Notes: generated from the sequence alone by a model not told the origin. A DNA stretch of 20,304 nucleotides from Ancylonema sp. (GCA_050230475.1 JBFLGF010000196.1:62001-82304); one strand, 5' to 3'. Counted from the stretch's first letter, positions 1-11,719 are shown. Made by a program: numbers and translations.

Positions 1-1221
1 TGGTAGGAAATAATATCTTGGCATCATTGTAATTGTGTGTGCGTGAACGCACATGAGGGCTCTCATATATTTCTCAGACTCCGCATCTACATCTTGTACT
101 TTATAGGCCCATCATCTCCTCTTGCTTGCAGACTTCACTGACGTTCTTTTTAGAGAAGACCAACTCAATCTCCTTTGCAAGACCGCAAGCGGGTAAGTTT
201 GTATCAATACATATCTTCATTTTGAGGTTGTAATCTTGATGAGAAATTCCGCTAATAGATTGATAAGTTCCAAATGTAGAGAATGTTTTGCCCACTTGAT
301 GGCCTTTTGGTTTGTGAGGAGATTGGTATGCGTTGTGGTCGCGAACCCATCAACTCGCATCTACTCATAAAAAACAATGAAAAGAGAGTACAATTTCTTG
401 AACATTATGCCCCACAGGGAAGGAGGAGGTAGAGTTAGGAATGCCATTTTTTTGCCTTCATTTCTTTTGAAAGCTTAGTGGAACAAGATTATCCAAGATT
501 ATCCTTTGTGCTTTGTGCCCCGTATCAACAAGAATCTAAAAGGCTAGAAAGGGGGAATCGGTGTTTTTTTGAGCAGGACAAATCCCGTCACCGGAAATGT
601 TACAAGAGAGACACTATTTTGCCGCTAGCCATGCTCATTATACACATGTTGTAAAGATTTGGATGACGGTTTTGTAGGCTCATGATGGGTGAAAGTTTTG
701 TCTTAATGTATATGAGTCATTGTATGAAGTGAAACATGCATGCAATTTGATGCGTACTTGTTGTATTTAAGAAGTGTGTTTTGTAAATTTGAACACCCAG
801 GTGGTGGCAAAAATGTCTCCCCAATTTCGTTACCACATCAGCGACGCTTCTTTCAAGAGACCTTGTCATATTGAACGCCGTGACTGGATCATTGGAGACT
901 TTCCTTGATGCTATAACACCCTCTTTGTGGCTTTCGCAAAGCCACATACGAGCGGTCTTTTGGTCTTCTTGGTAAAAATGACTCAAGGATGTCCACGAGT
1001 GTGTAAAACATGGACACAAGTTGATGAGTTGCGGCACTCGTGAAAAGCTAAAAAAGGTGAACGGATGGAATTGCGGGGAGGTGGAGTCGTGATAGTCCTC
1101 CTCTTGAAAGATACCCTCGAGTGCAAGATGGGTGCCACCCCATACCAAATGGCACCATGTGGAACTATGGGCCCCCATATTCTTGAGCATCAAGTTTGTC
1201 AAGGTAGCAAGGAGGCAATCG

Positions 1222-2930
1222 TCACTTATGGAGTTGCTTTGCACGCCAATCCAGAAGATCGACTTCCTCGTCCTCGTCACTGTTGTCATCTGACTCTGCA
1301 TTATTTCCGTCGTCCCTTGGTTTCTTATCAACCATTACAGCATCTAAAGATCTCTTTGTAGCAGCGTCCTCCTTCTTTCTTCTCAATGCCTCCACCCTGT
1401 CTTGAATAGACCTGCATAAATACGTCCTTTCCATGTCAGAAGCAAGTGGCATTTACAGGTGGCACTAACACCGTAACAAGCTTCACTAAAACAAGAAAGA
1501 GTTTTCCATTTGCAAAAGGGTAAGAGGCATACCGCTGGATGATATTTTCCAATTGTTCTCGCTCCTCTGCAGCCTCGGCCTGCACCCAATCCTTCAATCA
1601 ATGGTTCAATTTGTAAGCAAGCCTTTCGATTCGTAATCCTGACTAACCCCCATACTCCCTTGGGTGCCAATGAAACTACGAGGCCCATATTCACCCTACA
1701 TAAAATAAAAAAATAAAAAATCTCACGTCTTCTTCAGCTTGCCGCGTGTCCACCACCTCGAGGTCCTCAGCCATAACTTTCTGAAACTCGGTCATTTCGT
1801 CCCTGCAGCATACGGAGAATGATTGATGATGTCGGATGTCTTCTGGTCATGCTTCATCTGAGAAGGGTGACAGATAATCTTCGAGACTAGGGAACATCAT
1901 TGAGTGGAACAGAGCACCTTCACTAGCATGCATATATGCGTGTTAAATGAGGAACCAAACTCAGACTCAAGTTCAACTAGATAGGAACATTTAGTAAAGA
2001 GTCCTAAGGCAGCAGCCTCACTTGAGTATTTCTTTCGGATCCTGTACTCCGCGAGCCTTGTTGTCTGCTGTCTTGTTGTCATAGAATCCAGCTGGCAGAG
2101 CACTAGAGGGCGCTGCAGCTCCTTCGCCTGCCTTTCCTGACCGCAGTTCAGCTGCGTGGGGCCCCTCGGGATCTAATCTCCTATTTGGCGGTGGACCCAT
2201 TTTTCCCGTCACTATTGGAGGACTAGCATCTGCTTCCATCCCACATGATAGTTTAAATCAGGTGACTGGCTTGCTTCAGATGTAGAGCAGATTAGTGGCA
2301 GTATTGGTTACAAGTCCAGAGGATAGCCCCGCCAGTCCTTTACCAGCTGCGGTCTTCTTCGCTTTTGGCTCGTCAAAGAAGTCTGCTGGCAATGTTGAAG
2401 CAGACCGCGTGGAGCCTGGAGCCTGAGTCCGGTTCTCTGGGACATTGTCTACGGGTGCCGCAGAGCTGCCGCCGCTTTTGCTGGTTGCCAATTTCTGTCC
2501 AGCTTTCTGTTTCAGCATCTCGACGGCCTGCATCTCGACGGCCACATCCTACTCTTAGATGCAGCCACTGTGTTCAGCAGCCCTCATGGCCCAACTATGG
2601 TTGTTCGCTCCCAGCTTGTGTTTCCGATCTAGTTTTCCGGACCATCTGACTCGTACCTTTTTGTGTAGCTTTCCCACAATGTGCGGGTTCCAGAGAGCTT
2701 CTGACTTTAAAGACACGTTGCAGATCTTGCATACCGGCTGGCCAACGTCGTTGTAACTGTGGCAAACAAATGTTTCAGTCAAGGGAACAAGTCGTGCAGG
2801 AGCTCGCATACATAGCACAAGGAGAAAGAGCCAACCTGACTAGCGGCGAGTCGATCCTCTTTTCCTTCTTGGAGGCTGCATCCTTCATCATAAGGCGATA
2901 CGCAGCTTTGTCCCTCCCCTTCGGATCCAT
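1222..2930 (-). CDS. ZNF830: ZNF830/CCDC16-like nuclear C2H2 (U1-type) zinc-finger protein, similar to Arabidopsis ARS1; 7 exons, about 299 aa
   Basis: Manually spliced with GT-AG introns and consistent phases. Exons: 2930-2836, 2756-2657, 2527-2344, 2229-2022, 1802-1727, 1579-1533, 1411-1222 (900 nt). Protein: MDPKGRDKAAYRLMMKDAASKKEKRIDSPLVSYNDVGQPVCKICNVSLKSEALWNPHIVGKLHKK (Cx2C...Hx5H), LPADFFD and LPAGFYD motifs, DEMTEFQKVMAEDL coiled coil, acidic tail ending LLDWRAKQLHK*. These are hallmarks of the ZNF830 family. Confidence 0.92.
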
Positions 2931-3590
2931 AATTAGTGAAATTCAACGTATCACAATCATGTAAAATTTTGTCGCAATCTTCTATCGCTGCATCAAAATC
3001 ACCAGAACTATAACCTTCAGTATTTATGAATTCGTGCAATACATAAGAGCTTTTAATAAGCACCGAGATACGGTGTGGATGAGACTGATAAACACGAGAT
3101 AAACCAGTAATATTTTACTTCATACGATAGTAAGGACAAGCAATAGGAGCTACAGTAGTGCTGCTTCCTTCTGTGGAGTTTCCCGGCAGATGGATGGTGT
3201 GCGTTTGACTTTGAAATCGGGAAGGTTGCCGCTATATCGAACTAGCGAATGGATTCTGGTTCGCGACGCGTTGTATACGCCTCAGCGTTCTGTACTTCCG
3301 TGCAGATGTCTTCTATGGCTCCCGAGTGCCGTCTACCATTGTCGCAGAAATCGTCTAGGAGACTGAAATCACGTGTTTTGGGCCAGAATCGTCACCCGTG
3401 TTCTGTCGGTTCTGATAATGGTCCGGTACTTTTCTTTGATTTCAATAAATGCAGTACATGTTGTGTTGCTTTAGAATGGAAGTTGTTACCTAGTTGGTCT
3501 ACATAACAATATAAACGTAACAATACAGAAGCCAATCCAATAACAATCCAACAGCAATAATCCAATAACTTCATCCAATAATTAAGTTTC
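2931..3590. promoter_or_regulatory. Head-to-head intergenic region, putative bidirectional promoter and 5' UTRs
   Basis: Only 660 bp separate the divergent ATGs (2930 minus, 3591 plus). Contains a CACGTG G-box at 3370-3375 and a TGGGCC site-II-like motif at 3379-3384. Confidence 0.5.
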
Positions 3591-5432
3591 ATGGCCATAA
3601 TGTTGTTACGAAGCTTCCTGCCTGCCTTCAGGTCAAGAGGGTATCGTATACATGGTCTCGCACAAACACGGCGACTGTGTCTGGCACATCTGTCTGTTGA
3701 GGACACCCGTGCTTTAGATCATTCAAACTTCTGCACTAGCTACCGGTATTATTCTGCAGAAGCGGACGGGTCCTCAAGTGAGGCATTTCAGAGGGGCAAG
3801 AAAATCTTGGATGAAGCGAAACAGATGGTGGAAGGGGGAGACGAGACGGCCCCAACGAAGGCACTGGTTGGTTCTGAACTCCTACATTGAGGAGTGGCCC
3901 ATTCACAGCTGTAGGGCAGATGAGGCAGAAGAATAAGTTGACTGCATCCATATTCGGCTGCTCGCTTTTGATAGTCGCTATACAGGCTCGTGTTGCGCCT
4001 AGGGCTTGAGGATGTAGTCTCATCTTGCCGTCTAGTGGTTGCAGTGCAGAAAGCCCATCGGCTCCTCCAGCTGGCCCTCACTCAGACTCCAAACAATCCT
4101 GAAGTCCTGCTCGCCCTGGCCCGCTTGAACATGGAACAGGATGCGCCAGGATTGTCAAGTCGAAAGTAGGTCTACCTATGCTCCACCTTCTTCCTGAATA
4201 TGATGCATAGTATCCTGTAAATGTCAGGTGCGTATTCAAATAATGAATCGCACAAGAGGGTGAGTAGCAGCTCTTCATATTTGACTGAAGCCTGTTTGAC
4301 AGAGAGGTGTGTGTGGTGTGCAGTGGTTTGCTGCTCATGAAGCGGGCCGCCGACTTAGGGCTCCCAGAAGCGCAATACCAGTCTGCATGTTTGCTGCGTG
4401 AAGCGGTAGGCAGTTTCACACCTCCTTTTGGGTGTACATATTCATTTTTTTCTGTGAAGGTCGGCATGCATAAGATTGTGGCTGTGGCAATATCATATTC
4501 CGATTCTCACATGTCAAGGGGCTCACCAGAAGTTGACAACTAGTTCACATTGTTTTCAGAATGGAGCAACCGATTTGCACTCCATCGAGTACTTGCGGAA
4601 AGCTGCTGCCCAGGTCGGCAGCATTGTCCGTTGTTCTGTACCCTGCCTTTTTCAAGTTTGCAACTAGATGGCCATTACCCAACTCTTCAGTCCAGCGGTG
4701 ATTTGGCACTAGGGTTGGAGTGCGGGGCAATGGAGGAGGCCTAAGGTTGTATCGCATTTGGTGTTCTGCAGGGCCATGCTGGAGCTCTTTTCCTTCTGGG
4801 AGTTGCACTTTACGCCGGTACAGGTGTGGAACAGAACATACCAGAGGCGACATCATGTTTCAGCAAGGCAGCTCAAGAAGTGAGCACCTGCATTGTGTCT
4901 TGGATTGTCACGGAAACTCAAAGAAATCGCCAAGTCGACGTGCTCTTGTAGTCCGCGTCCAGCTTCTGAGAAGGCGTGTTGAGTATGGGGGATATGTGTG
5001 GTGGTTGGTGTTTGATGTGTGGTAATGACAGGGATATCTACCAGCGCTGACTGTACGTGGAGCGATACTTGCCAAAGGTAAAACTTTTTCGTCACTTTTA
5101 TTGCATGGTGTTTGCATGGTGGCTGACGGCACTTGCTTGCCTTCTCCTATGAGATGATCATAGAAACCTCACCTGCAATGCGTGTATCCCTTTCAAAACA
5201 TGTGAATAGAAGTTTGTTTTCCAATGCGCAATGTCATCATCCTAGTGCAGGCACTCAATGGAACATTCCAACCAATGAAGAGACGGATAACGACGAGGAG
5301 GGCAGCTTCTTTCTTGACAATGAGGATAGAGAAAATGCTCGGGAACATTTCGAGCTTGCGGCTCAAGCAGGCGATGCCATTGCGGAAGCTTGGTTGGAAC
5401 GAGAGCGTCGTGCAGAAACACATAATTCATAA
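3591..5432 (+). CDS. Sel1-like repeat (HCP-like/TPR) protein with probable mitochondrial targeting peptide; 7 exons, about 287 aa
   Basis: Exons: 3591-3866, 4050-4165, 4324-4405, 4560-4613, 4772-4879, 5032-5077, 5251-5432 (864 nt, GT-AG, phases consistent). The first intron could instead be 3871-4044. Sel1 motifs: MKRAADLGLPEAQYQSA, YLRKAAAQGHAGALFLLGVALYAGTGVEQNIPEATSCFSKAAQEGY, AREHFELAAQAGDAIAEAWL. The N-terminus is Arg/Ser/Leu-rich. From memory it resembles the plant HCP-like family (Arabidopsis At5g05360-type); not verified by search. Confidence 0.88.
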
Positions 5433-5685
5433 GACCTAGAACTCACTTGGTATAAGAAGTAGTCATGTTGCAGATGACATTCACTTTTGATACTCAAAAC
5501 TTTTGCCTAGAACGTTTGAAACCAATCATTGGAGACTTTCATGGCACGTTGCTTGACGCACATTGTGTTATTCATCATTGGCAAGTTCACTTGCCAATGT
5601 TGGTGGAGAATGAATGATGTGTGGTGTTGTCTTTCCAAGATTCGTAATTGTTGCTATACATGATTTGACATTTGTATCAACAATA

Positions 5686-6301
5686 AAGTGCTCCCTTGAT
5701 ATAACGACCCTCTTCATAAGGACAACCTTGGTATGACAACATTTTTTTTGAACTTGCTTAAAATCGATATGAAGTCGCCCTCAATATAAGCATAACGACA
5801 CTCTATATAACGACAAATTATTTCAGGAATTTGTTACCGAATGTCCTTACACTGTGTTTATGACGCTATTGCTCGCAAATGTATGGAAATCGAGAAAAAT
5901 CTAGAAACCTCATGAACAACACCCCAAATTCTCTACAAGGTGTTCGAGTTATTCGATATGTCATATCAAGAGAACGCCGCCTCTGACGCCGCCGCCGTCG
6001 CTCCCCCTCGGATGGTCCAGAATTAATTATTTTGTTCATCCGCATGTATTGGCATCATAACGCACTTGTATAGCTCGTTTATCAACACACACTGAATTGT
6101 CTAATCATGCCCGATCAACTTACTCAAGGAAACACATAATAATCACATTTGCTTGTTCACTTTGCTTCATTCGCGCCCTCGATACAAGGACACAAAGTTC
6201 AAATTCTAGTAGTAATTGTCCTGATACAGCGTATAACGACACCTCGATATAAGGAAACTTTTTTGGGTTTTTTTATTGGTCGTTATATCGAGGGAGCAGT
6301 G
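5686..6301. mobile_element. MITE copy 1 (pogo/Tc1-mariner-like non-autonomous DNA transposon), 616 bp
   Basis: TA|AAGTGCTCCCTTGATATAACGACC ... GGTCGTTATATCGAGGGAGCAGTG|TA gives about 24-bp imperfect TIRs and a TA duplication (5684-5685, 6302-6303). Has subterminal TATAACGAC repeats and is colinear with copy 2. Confidence 0.88.
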
Positions 6302-6621
6302 TAAGTTTTTGCCCCCGTCGTTATTGGTCAGTGCCGGTTCTGAATGTGAATTGTGTCTACAATCGGCGCGGTAGACGTAACTTTAATCACTGTGTCACAA
6401 CATATTGGAAACATACCATGTGTAAGGTGCTACGACTATTGTTTCAAGATGTATGAAAGGCTGCGACAAAATGATTTTGAAATTGCCCTACACTTGACCG
6501 TATTGGTAAGTTGGTGACTTCAAATTTCAGCACAATTTTTGTTTTTGCTCTAGGTTTTGAATTTTCGTATGCGCAACGCACACTAGCTAGCTGGTAAATA
6601 GTTGAATATCAAAATGGCTTA

Positions 6622-7705
6622 CCGTAGTGGCCATACATAATACCCCGGGTTTTTTAAAATAAAATAAAAGAATTAATATTGGATAATGAACCATATGTGA
6701 TCCACCCACGCAACCAATATGACATTACCCAAACTTCTAAATTACATATAGCATATACAGTGCTCCCTCGATGTAACGACCCTCTTTATAACGACAACCT
6801 CGATATAACGACACTTTTTGGAAACTTTTCTAAAATCAATATGAAATCGCCCTCGATATAAGCATAACGACACTCTATATAATGACTAATTATTTCATAA
6901 ATTTGTTACTGAATGTCCTTATACTGTGTATATAACGTTATTGCTCGATGATAACGATGTATGGAAATCGAGGAAAATCTAGAAACCTCATGAACGACAC
7001 CTCAAATTCTCTACAACGTGTTCGAGTTGTTTTATATGTCATATAAAGACGACGCCGCCTCTGTCCTCCTCGGATGGTCCAGAACTAAGCTCTTGTATAT
7101 GTAGTAGTAGTTCTTCCTGGGTTGCGAAGCACTCACAAGTTACACTCATTCAATGTTAACGTTACCAGCTGTTAAAAAATGTCCATGTTGTTCATTGTTC
7201 CAACCGTCCACTGCTTTTACTCCACGTCCAACAGAATGTACGTGTCCGGTGTTACTTTGTAACAACCTTAATACCTCCCCAACTCTCCTCGTGAAGTTTT
7301 GTGGTATATTTCATAAATTATGTCTTGTATTGATTGGTATCATGACGCACTTGTATAGCTCGTATATCAACACACATGCTGAATTGGATAATCATGCCAA
7401 GGCAAGTTACTATAGGAAACACATAATAAACACATTTGCTTATTCACTTCGCTTCGTTCGCAAAGTCCCTCGATACAAGGACATAGATTTCAGATTCTAG
7501 TAGTAAATGTCGTTATACAATGTATAACGACACCTCGATATAACGACACTTTATTGGATTTGTTTTTTGTCGTTATATCGAGGGAGCACTGTAGTGACCC
7601 ACATTATGAAAAGACCCACTTTTTACAAAAATAATGATTTATTCAAATTGACCCGACCCGCCCTTCTCATAATTATTTGAGGGTCGTTATGTATGGCCAG
7701 GACGG
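6622..7705. mobile_element. Small TIR element (about 250 bp without its insert) that hosts MITE copy 2
   Basis: Left end CCGTAGTGGCCATACATAATACCC (6622-6645). The reverse complement of the right end (7681-7705) is CCGTCCTGGCCATACATAACGACCC, sharing a 13-bp perfect core TGGCCATACATAA. TA precedes the left end but the right flank is AA, so the exact ends are uncertain. Confidence 0.55.
6758..7591. mobile_element. MITE copy 2 (pogo/Tc1-mariner-like), 834 bp
   Basis: TA|CAGTGCTCCCTCGATGTAACGAC ... GTCGTTATATCGAGGGAGCACTG|TA, a 23-bp TIR with 1 mismatch. Has multiple CCTCGATATAACGAC-like subterminal repeats and about 230 bp of interior (about 7088-7315) that copy 1 lacks. Confidence 0.92.
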
Positions 7706-9454
7706 AATACTCAAACTTTAAAATGTGGTTGTGAACCCCACTAAAAGGCATCTCTCCACAACAGGAGGTGCAAATGCACGAGCCACACTGGTCATTAATA
7801 GCACCACACATGCGTACCCATGTAGTACATACTCAAGGGAGTCGATATATCAAACATTTTAGTTGAAGTTTGTTTGGTATCACCATGAGTCATCTTCGTG
7901 CATAGTTGCGAGAACCCCGAACCGTTTTCAAAGTGGACAGTAGATGGAATCATTGGTCCGTAGTACGAAACCAAAGAAAGTATAAGATTTCACTATGACA
8001 CAGTTTTTAGGCGTAAATTACCTCGAAATACGATTTATGGTTTGTCTTGATGAAGCACTTAAGAAAAAGAAAAAGTTTTTTTTAAAAAAAATACCCCCTT
8101 ACGATCACAACTTTGTGTGCGTTATTAAGTTTCCTTCGTTGTCATAGGAAACAAGATCAACTCTGCATTCAATTACAAGAAGTAGATTAATAAGCCTGCA
8201 ACCCATTTCCGATCCCGACCATGTGATCAGCCGACTTTTTTGTTCTCCAATTACGTTGTTAAAACACCATGATGTCCATCATTTTTATCGAGCTCCGACG
8301 AAACATATTCACAACGACAATACAATCCAATTCTCCATACTTTTCATGCTGCTTGCAATGATCGCATGACATGTATGCTCTCTCACTCGTTCATTACCCA
8401 AACACTTCAACACAACTCTTTCTTTCAATTAAATTTTCATTCGATGCGTTGCATTTTAAACGATCGTTGTTGGTCTGTATACTTCAGCGCATCGACATGT
8501 AGTTTGCATGATTTAGAAGCTTGCTTAACGCGAAGAGTATCGTCATTCACGCAATAATAATTCTTGATGCCTCGTGCTTTTTATCTTCTCGCTTTAAGTA
8601 CCGCGTCCACGTCAACAAAGATTCAAGCAACTCTAAGCTCAAACACAAGAAAACAAGAAAATCAACGAAAATCGAAAACCTATCCAATTTGATAATCCCA
8701 AAAAACTTTGACAAGCCTTACACTTCATCAAACTTCCATGTGAAATCAGTTGAGCTCGTTACTATAGCTATTCCATCGCTTGGCCGATCGCGATCCGAAT
8801 ACGATGAGATTCGATCAACGATTCCCGTGGTTTGAAAATCCATCGGACTGATTCACAACCAAATCTTTCGTTTTTGTTGGGGTATGTAACGTAGGCATCG
8901 TAGGCAACGTAGGTTTGTTTCGTGTTTGCGAATATTGTGAGATAATAGTATTTGCAATAATAAGGTATTGGTATTTGAGTTGTTTTGGTGTGATGGACAA
9001 CTTCAACTTTTTTTTTGTGTCCGTGCGTCGACATTGTGTAAGAACGATGCATCGTATCATCAGCCGCTTGTAATTTACGGTTTAATTATTATTTTACTTG
9101 TGCGCCTAAAGCGCGGGTAATTTTCGAGGGTAAATAAGGTATGAAACGAACATGAAATTTGAAGCATGAAACATGAAACACGAATTTGAAACACGAAACC
9201 ACAAACACGTAATATTTACTTATGAACCATTGAGTTGCACCAATCAGATTGCGCGTCGTTTTCACTTGTCGATATCCCCGTAGTGTAGGGGTATCAATCC
9301 ACAGCCAATTTAACCAAAACACAAATTGTAAATGCCATATGACATTCCAAGGGGATACCCGAGATTGTTCTTATGTGCATGTGCTTGGTAACGGCACGAA
9401 AGAAAATGCTTGTATGCTGGTGCTTGGTATCGGGCCATTAACTCCACATACGAG

Positions 9455-9919
9455 TGATAGGTGTGGAATAAAATGGAACTCTTAGCAATCTATGTTGCAA
9501 GTGCACACACAAGGCAATGGAAAAATGAGCCGATAGGATGGAGGCTAATGAGCCGATGATCAAATGGCTTGGTTGATATGGTAGGCACAACAAGGTCCAA
9601 GTACATGAGTTGATAAGAATGCTCTAGAGGCACTCCTATCGGCTAGATATAGGAAAGTCGGCCCCAGCCGACTCTGGGAACAATGTGGGATAACTAAGTC
9701 AAGGGCGGCTAAGTACAACAGAATCTGGCTAAAGGCACAACTATGCCATGACTAAGGACACAACAGAATACTCCCTAGGGGCCAGGCGGCCGCTAGGGAC
9801 ATAAGTCTCACTATAAAGGGGGAAAACTCGCTATAGGGAAATATGCTCTAGTAGCGCTCTAGCGCTAAGTGTGGGGACCTCGCTAGGGAGCCCTAGTGAC
9901 TGTAGCGAGGGTCCTAACA
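9455..9919 (-). repeat. Element A 3' LTR (465 bp)
   Basis: On the minus strand it starts TGTTAGGACCCTCGCTACAG right after the PPT GAGGGGGGGG-TAC and ends CCTATCA (degenerate CCTAACA). That end matches the 5' LTR fragment at 11818. Confidence 0.85.
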
Positions 9920-10740
9920 GTACCCCCCCCTCAAGGCGCGGAACGCGATGAGGGAGGCGGCGAAGGCCTGGCAAGAAACGTGGCATGGAAATCTGCGACC
10001 GCGTCAGGAGCATTTCTCATGTTGTCGGCAGGTTTCCAAGAACGCTCCGATTCATCGTACCCGACCCAGTCGACGAGGTAAAAGAGCTGGCCCCGCACGA
10101 TCTTGGAATCCAGAATTGTGGCCACCTCATGTTGTGGCGCGCCGTCCACAACGACCGGAAGAGGAGGCGCCACGACACGACCTGGGAACGTGTTGGGATT
10201 GTGCGGCTCTAGGAGGCTGACGTAGAAGACGGGATGGATTTTCAGGGAGGACGGCAACTCCAAGCGATAAGACGAGGTGCCGATCTAGCCAATCACAGGA
10301 AAAGGACCCAGGCGACGGACATCCAGTTTCGAGGAAGGATGAGTGGATCCGACGTGGCGACGGGACAGCCATACTTTTCGACCAAGGGAAAATATCGGAG
10401 CCGATCTGCGCTTCCGATTGGCCGAAGTTTCCATCGCCCGCTGGGATTTGCGAAGCGCTGATTGGAGGAAATCTTGGGTGTCGTGGATCGTTTTGACGTA
10501 GTCGTCGGCTGCGGGGTTGGTGGGGGAATTGGGGGAGGGTGGGAGCAGCGACATTTGCGGGTGGAAGCCGCCGTAGTTGGCAAAAAACGGGGAGAGGGTG
10601 GTGGTGGCGGAGTGCTTGGAGTTATAAGCGAACTCCGCTAGCGGCACAAGTCTAGCCCAATCGGATTGTTGGTAATCGGTGTAGATGCGCAGGTATTGCT
10701 CCAGGACCGAATTCAGGCGCTCCGTGTGCCCGACCGTCTG
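9831..10740 (-). pseudogene. Element A integrase C-terminal half with GPF motif and chromodomain (frameshifted)
   Basis: QTVGHTERLNSVLEQYLRIY...WARLVPLAEFAYNS, then KLDVRRLGPF, LKIHPVFYVSLLEP, and the chromodomain HEVATILDSK...FYLVDWVGYDESERSWKP. Ends PRLEGGVLLGPSL across the PPT and LTR. Confidence 0.9.
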
Positions 10741-10758
10741 GACCCGCACAGACCCCTC

Positions 10759-11719
10759 CTAGGACTGTGTGGGGGAGTCGTTTTTTGGCTCGTCGGGTTG
10801 CAGATCCAAGAAACGCACGGTGCGGGATCGCCCCTTGTTTGGACAGTTCCGGAGAGCGTGTCCGTCCAAACCGCAGTAATGACAGAGATTGCCGTCAACG
10901 CGGCGAGCCATCTCAGTGGGGTGCACCTTCAGGACTGGACGGCGGGTCCCGTCAAGTTCCATGGGGACCACCTGCAGGTGAAGGGGGATTTGCTAGGGGG
11001 ACTGATCTGCAACTCTGGCTTGGGGGGGGACGTAGAGTGAGCGGAAGGGTTTGTCTAGGCGAGCAGCAGCTAGGGCATTTTCTGTGTTATTCACAAAGGT
11101 AACATACATTGAGAAGGTTCTGAACTTGGCGGTAAAGTCCTAAACTGCCCCTGTCAGCTTGAGTTCACGCAGCTGACGTTCTTTGGTCATGTTGGAGGGA
11201 CTGTCGCCAAAGGCCTCACTCAGACCTGCCAGGAGGTCGTCCACATCATAGCTAGCGGGAAGGTTGCCTTCCGGATCATGCTGCTGAGTGAACCACTCAC
11301 CAGCAACACTAGTTAGGATGGAGGAAAAGTAGAGGACCGTATGGTCAGGATCGGAGAATCTGATAGGAGCCACCCAGATTTGGGTGCGCATTAGCCGTAG
11401 GAAGGTAGCCAGACTTGCAGAATCGCCTGAATACTTGTGTAGATCAGGAAGGACCATTTCTGAAGGGACGGGCTGGTAGGCTAGTTGAAAAATAGGGAAA
11501 GGTTGTGGGATATGTAGGTTGTGGGATAGGTGGGGGTTGGGCTGAGATAGGAGATGGGGTGCTAAGGTGCGCCTCCACCACCTTTTGTTTCTCATTAAGC
11601 TCATTGGACTGAGCGAATAAAGTCGTGGTTTTTTCATTTGTTTTGGCGCGCCGTTCCATAATTTCACTCATTTGCAAACTCATGGCTTTCAAAGTTTCCA
11701 CAATCCGTTGCAACTCCAT
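10759..11719 (-). pseudogene. gag: Element A gag (degenerate)
   Basis: MELQRIVETLKAM coiled coil, LPDLHKYSGD...AGEWF...QLRELKLTGAV retrotransposon-gag domain, VPMELDG, CCHC knuckle CHYCGLDGHALRNC, stop TAG at 10759-10761. Contains an internal stop and frameshifts. Confidence 0.88.

Noticed and set aside
1..716. Possible exon (64-aa ORF 101-295)
   Set aside because: No recognisable motif or consistent splice structure.
717..1331. 204-aa minus-strand ORF
   Set aside because: It overlaps the last ZNF830 exon in another frame and its 3' UTR, and has no recognisable domain; likely a chance ORF.
7153..7500. 115-aa ORF in MITE 2 as a transposase
   Set aside because: No DDE/DDD or HTH motif was recognised, and the ORF is not preserved in copy 1.
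8521..9060. ORFs with faint transposase or tyrosine-recombinase-like words (ESLIESHRIRI, HCVRT)
   Set aside because: The matches are too short and lack supporting neighbouring motifs.
10285..10761. Stop-codon readthrough from gag into integrase in element A
   Set aside because: The in-frame arrangement arises from the internal deletion; the intact junction in B has pol in the -1 frame.
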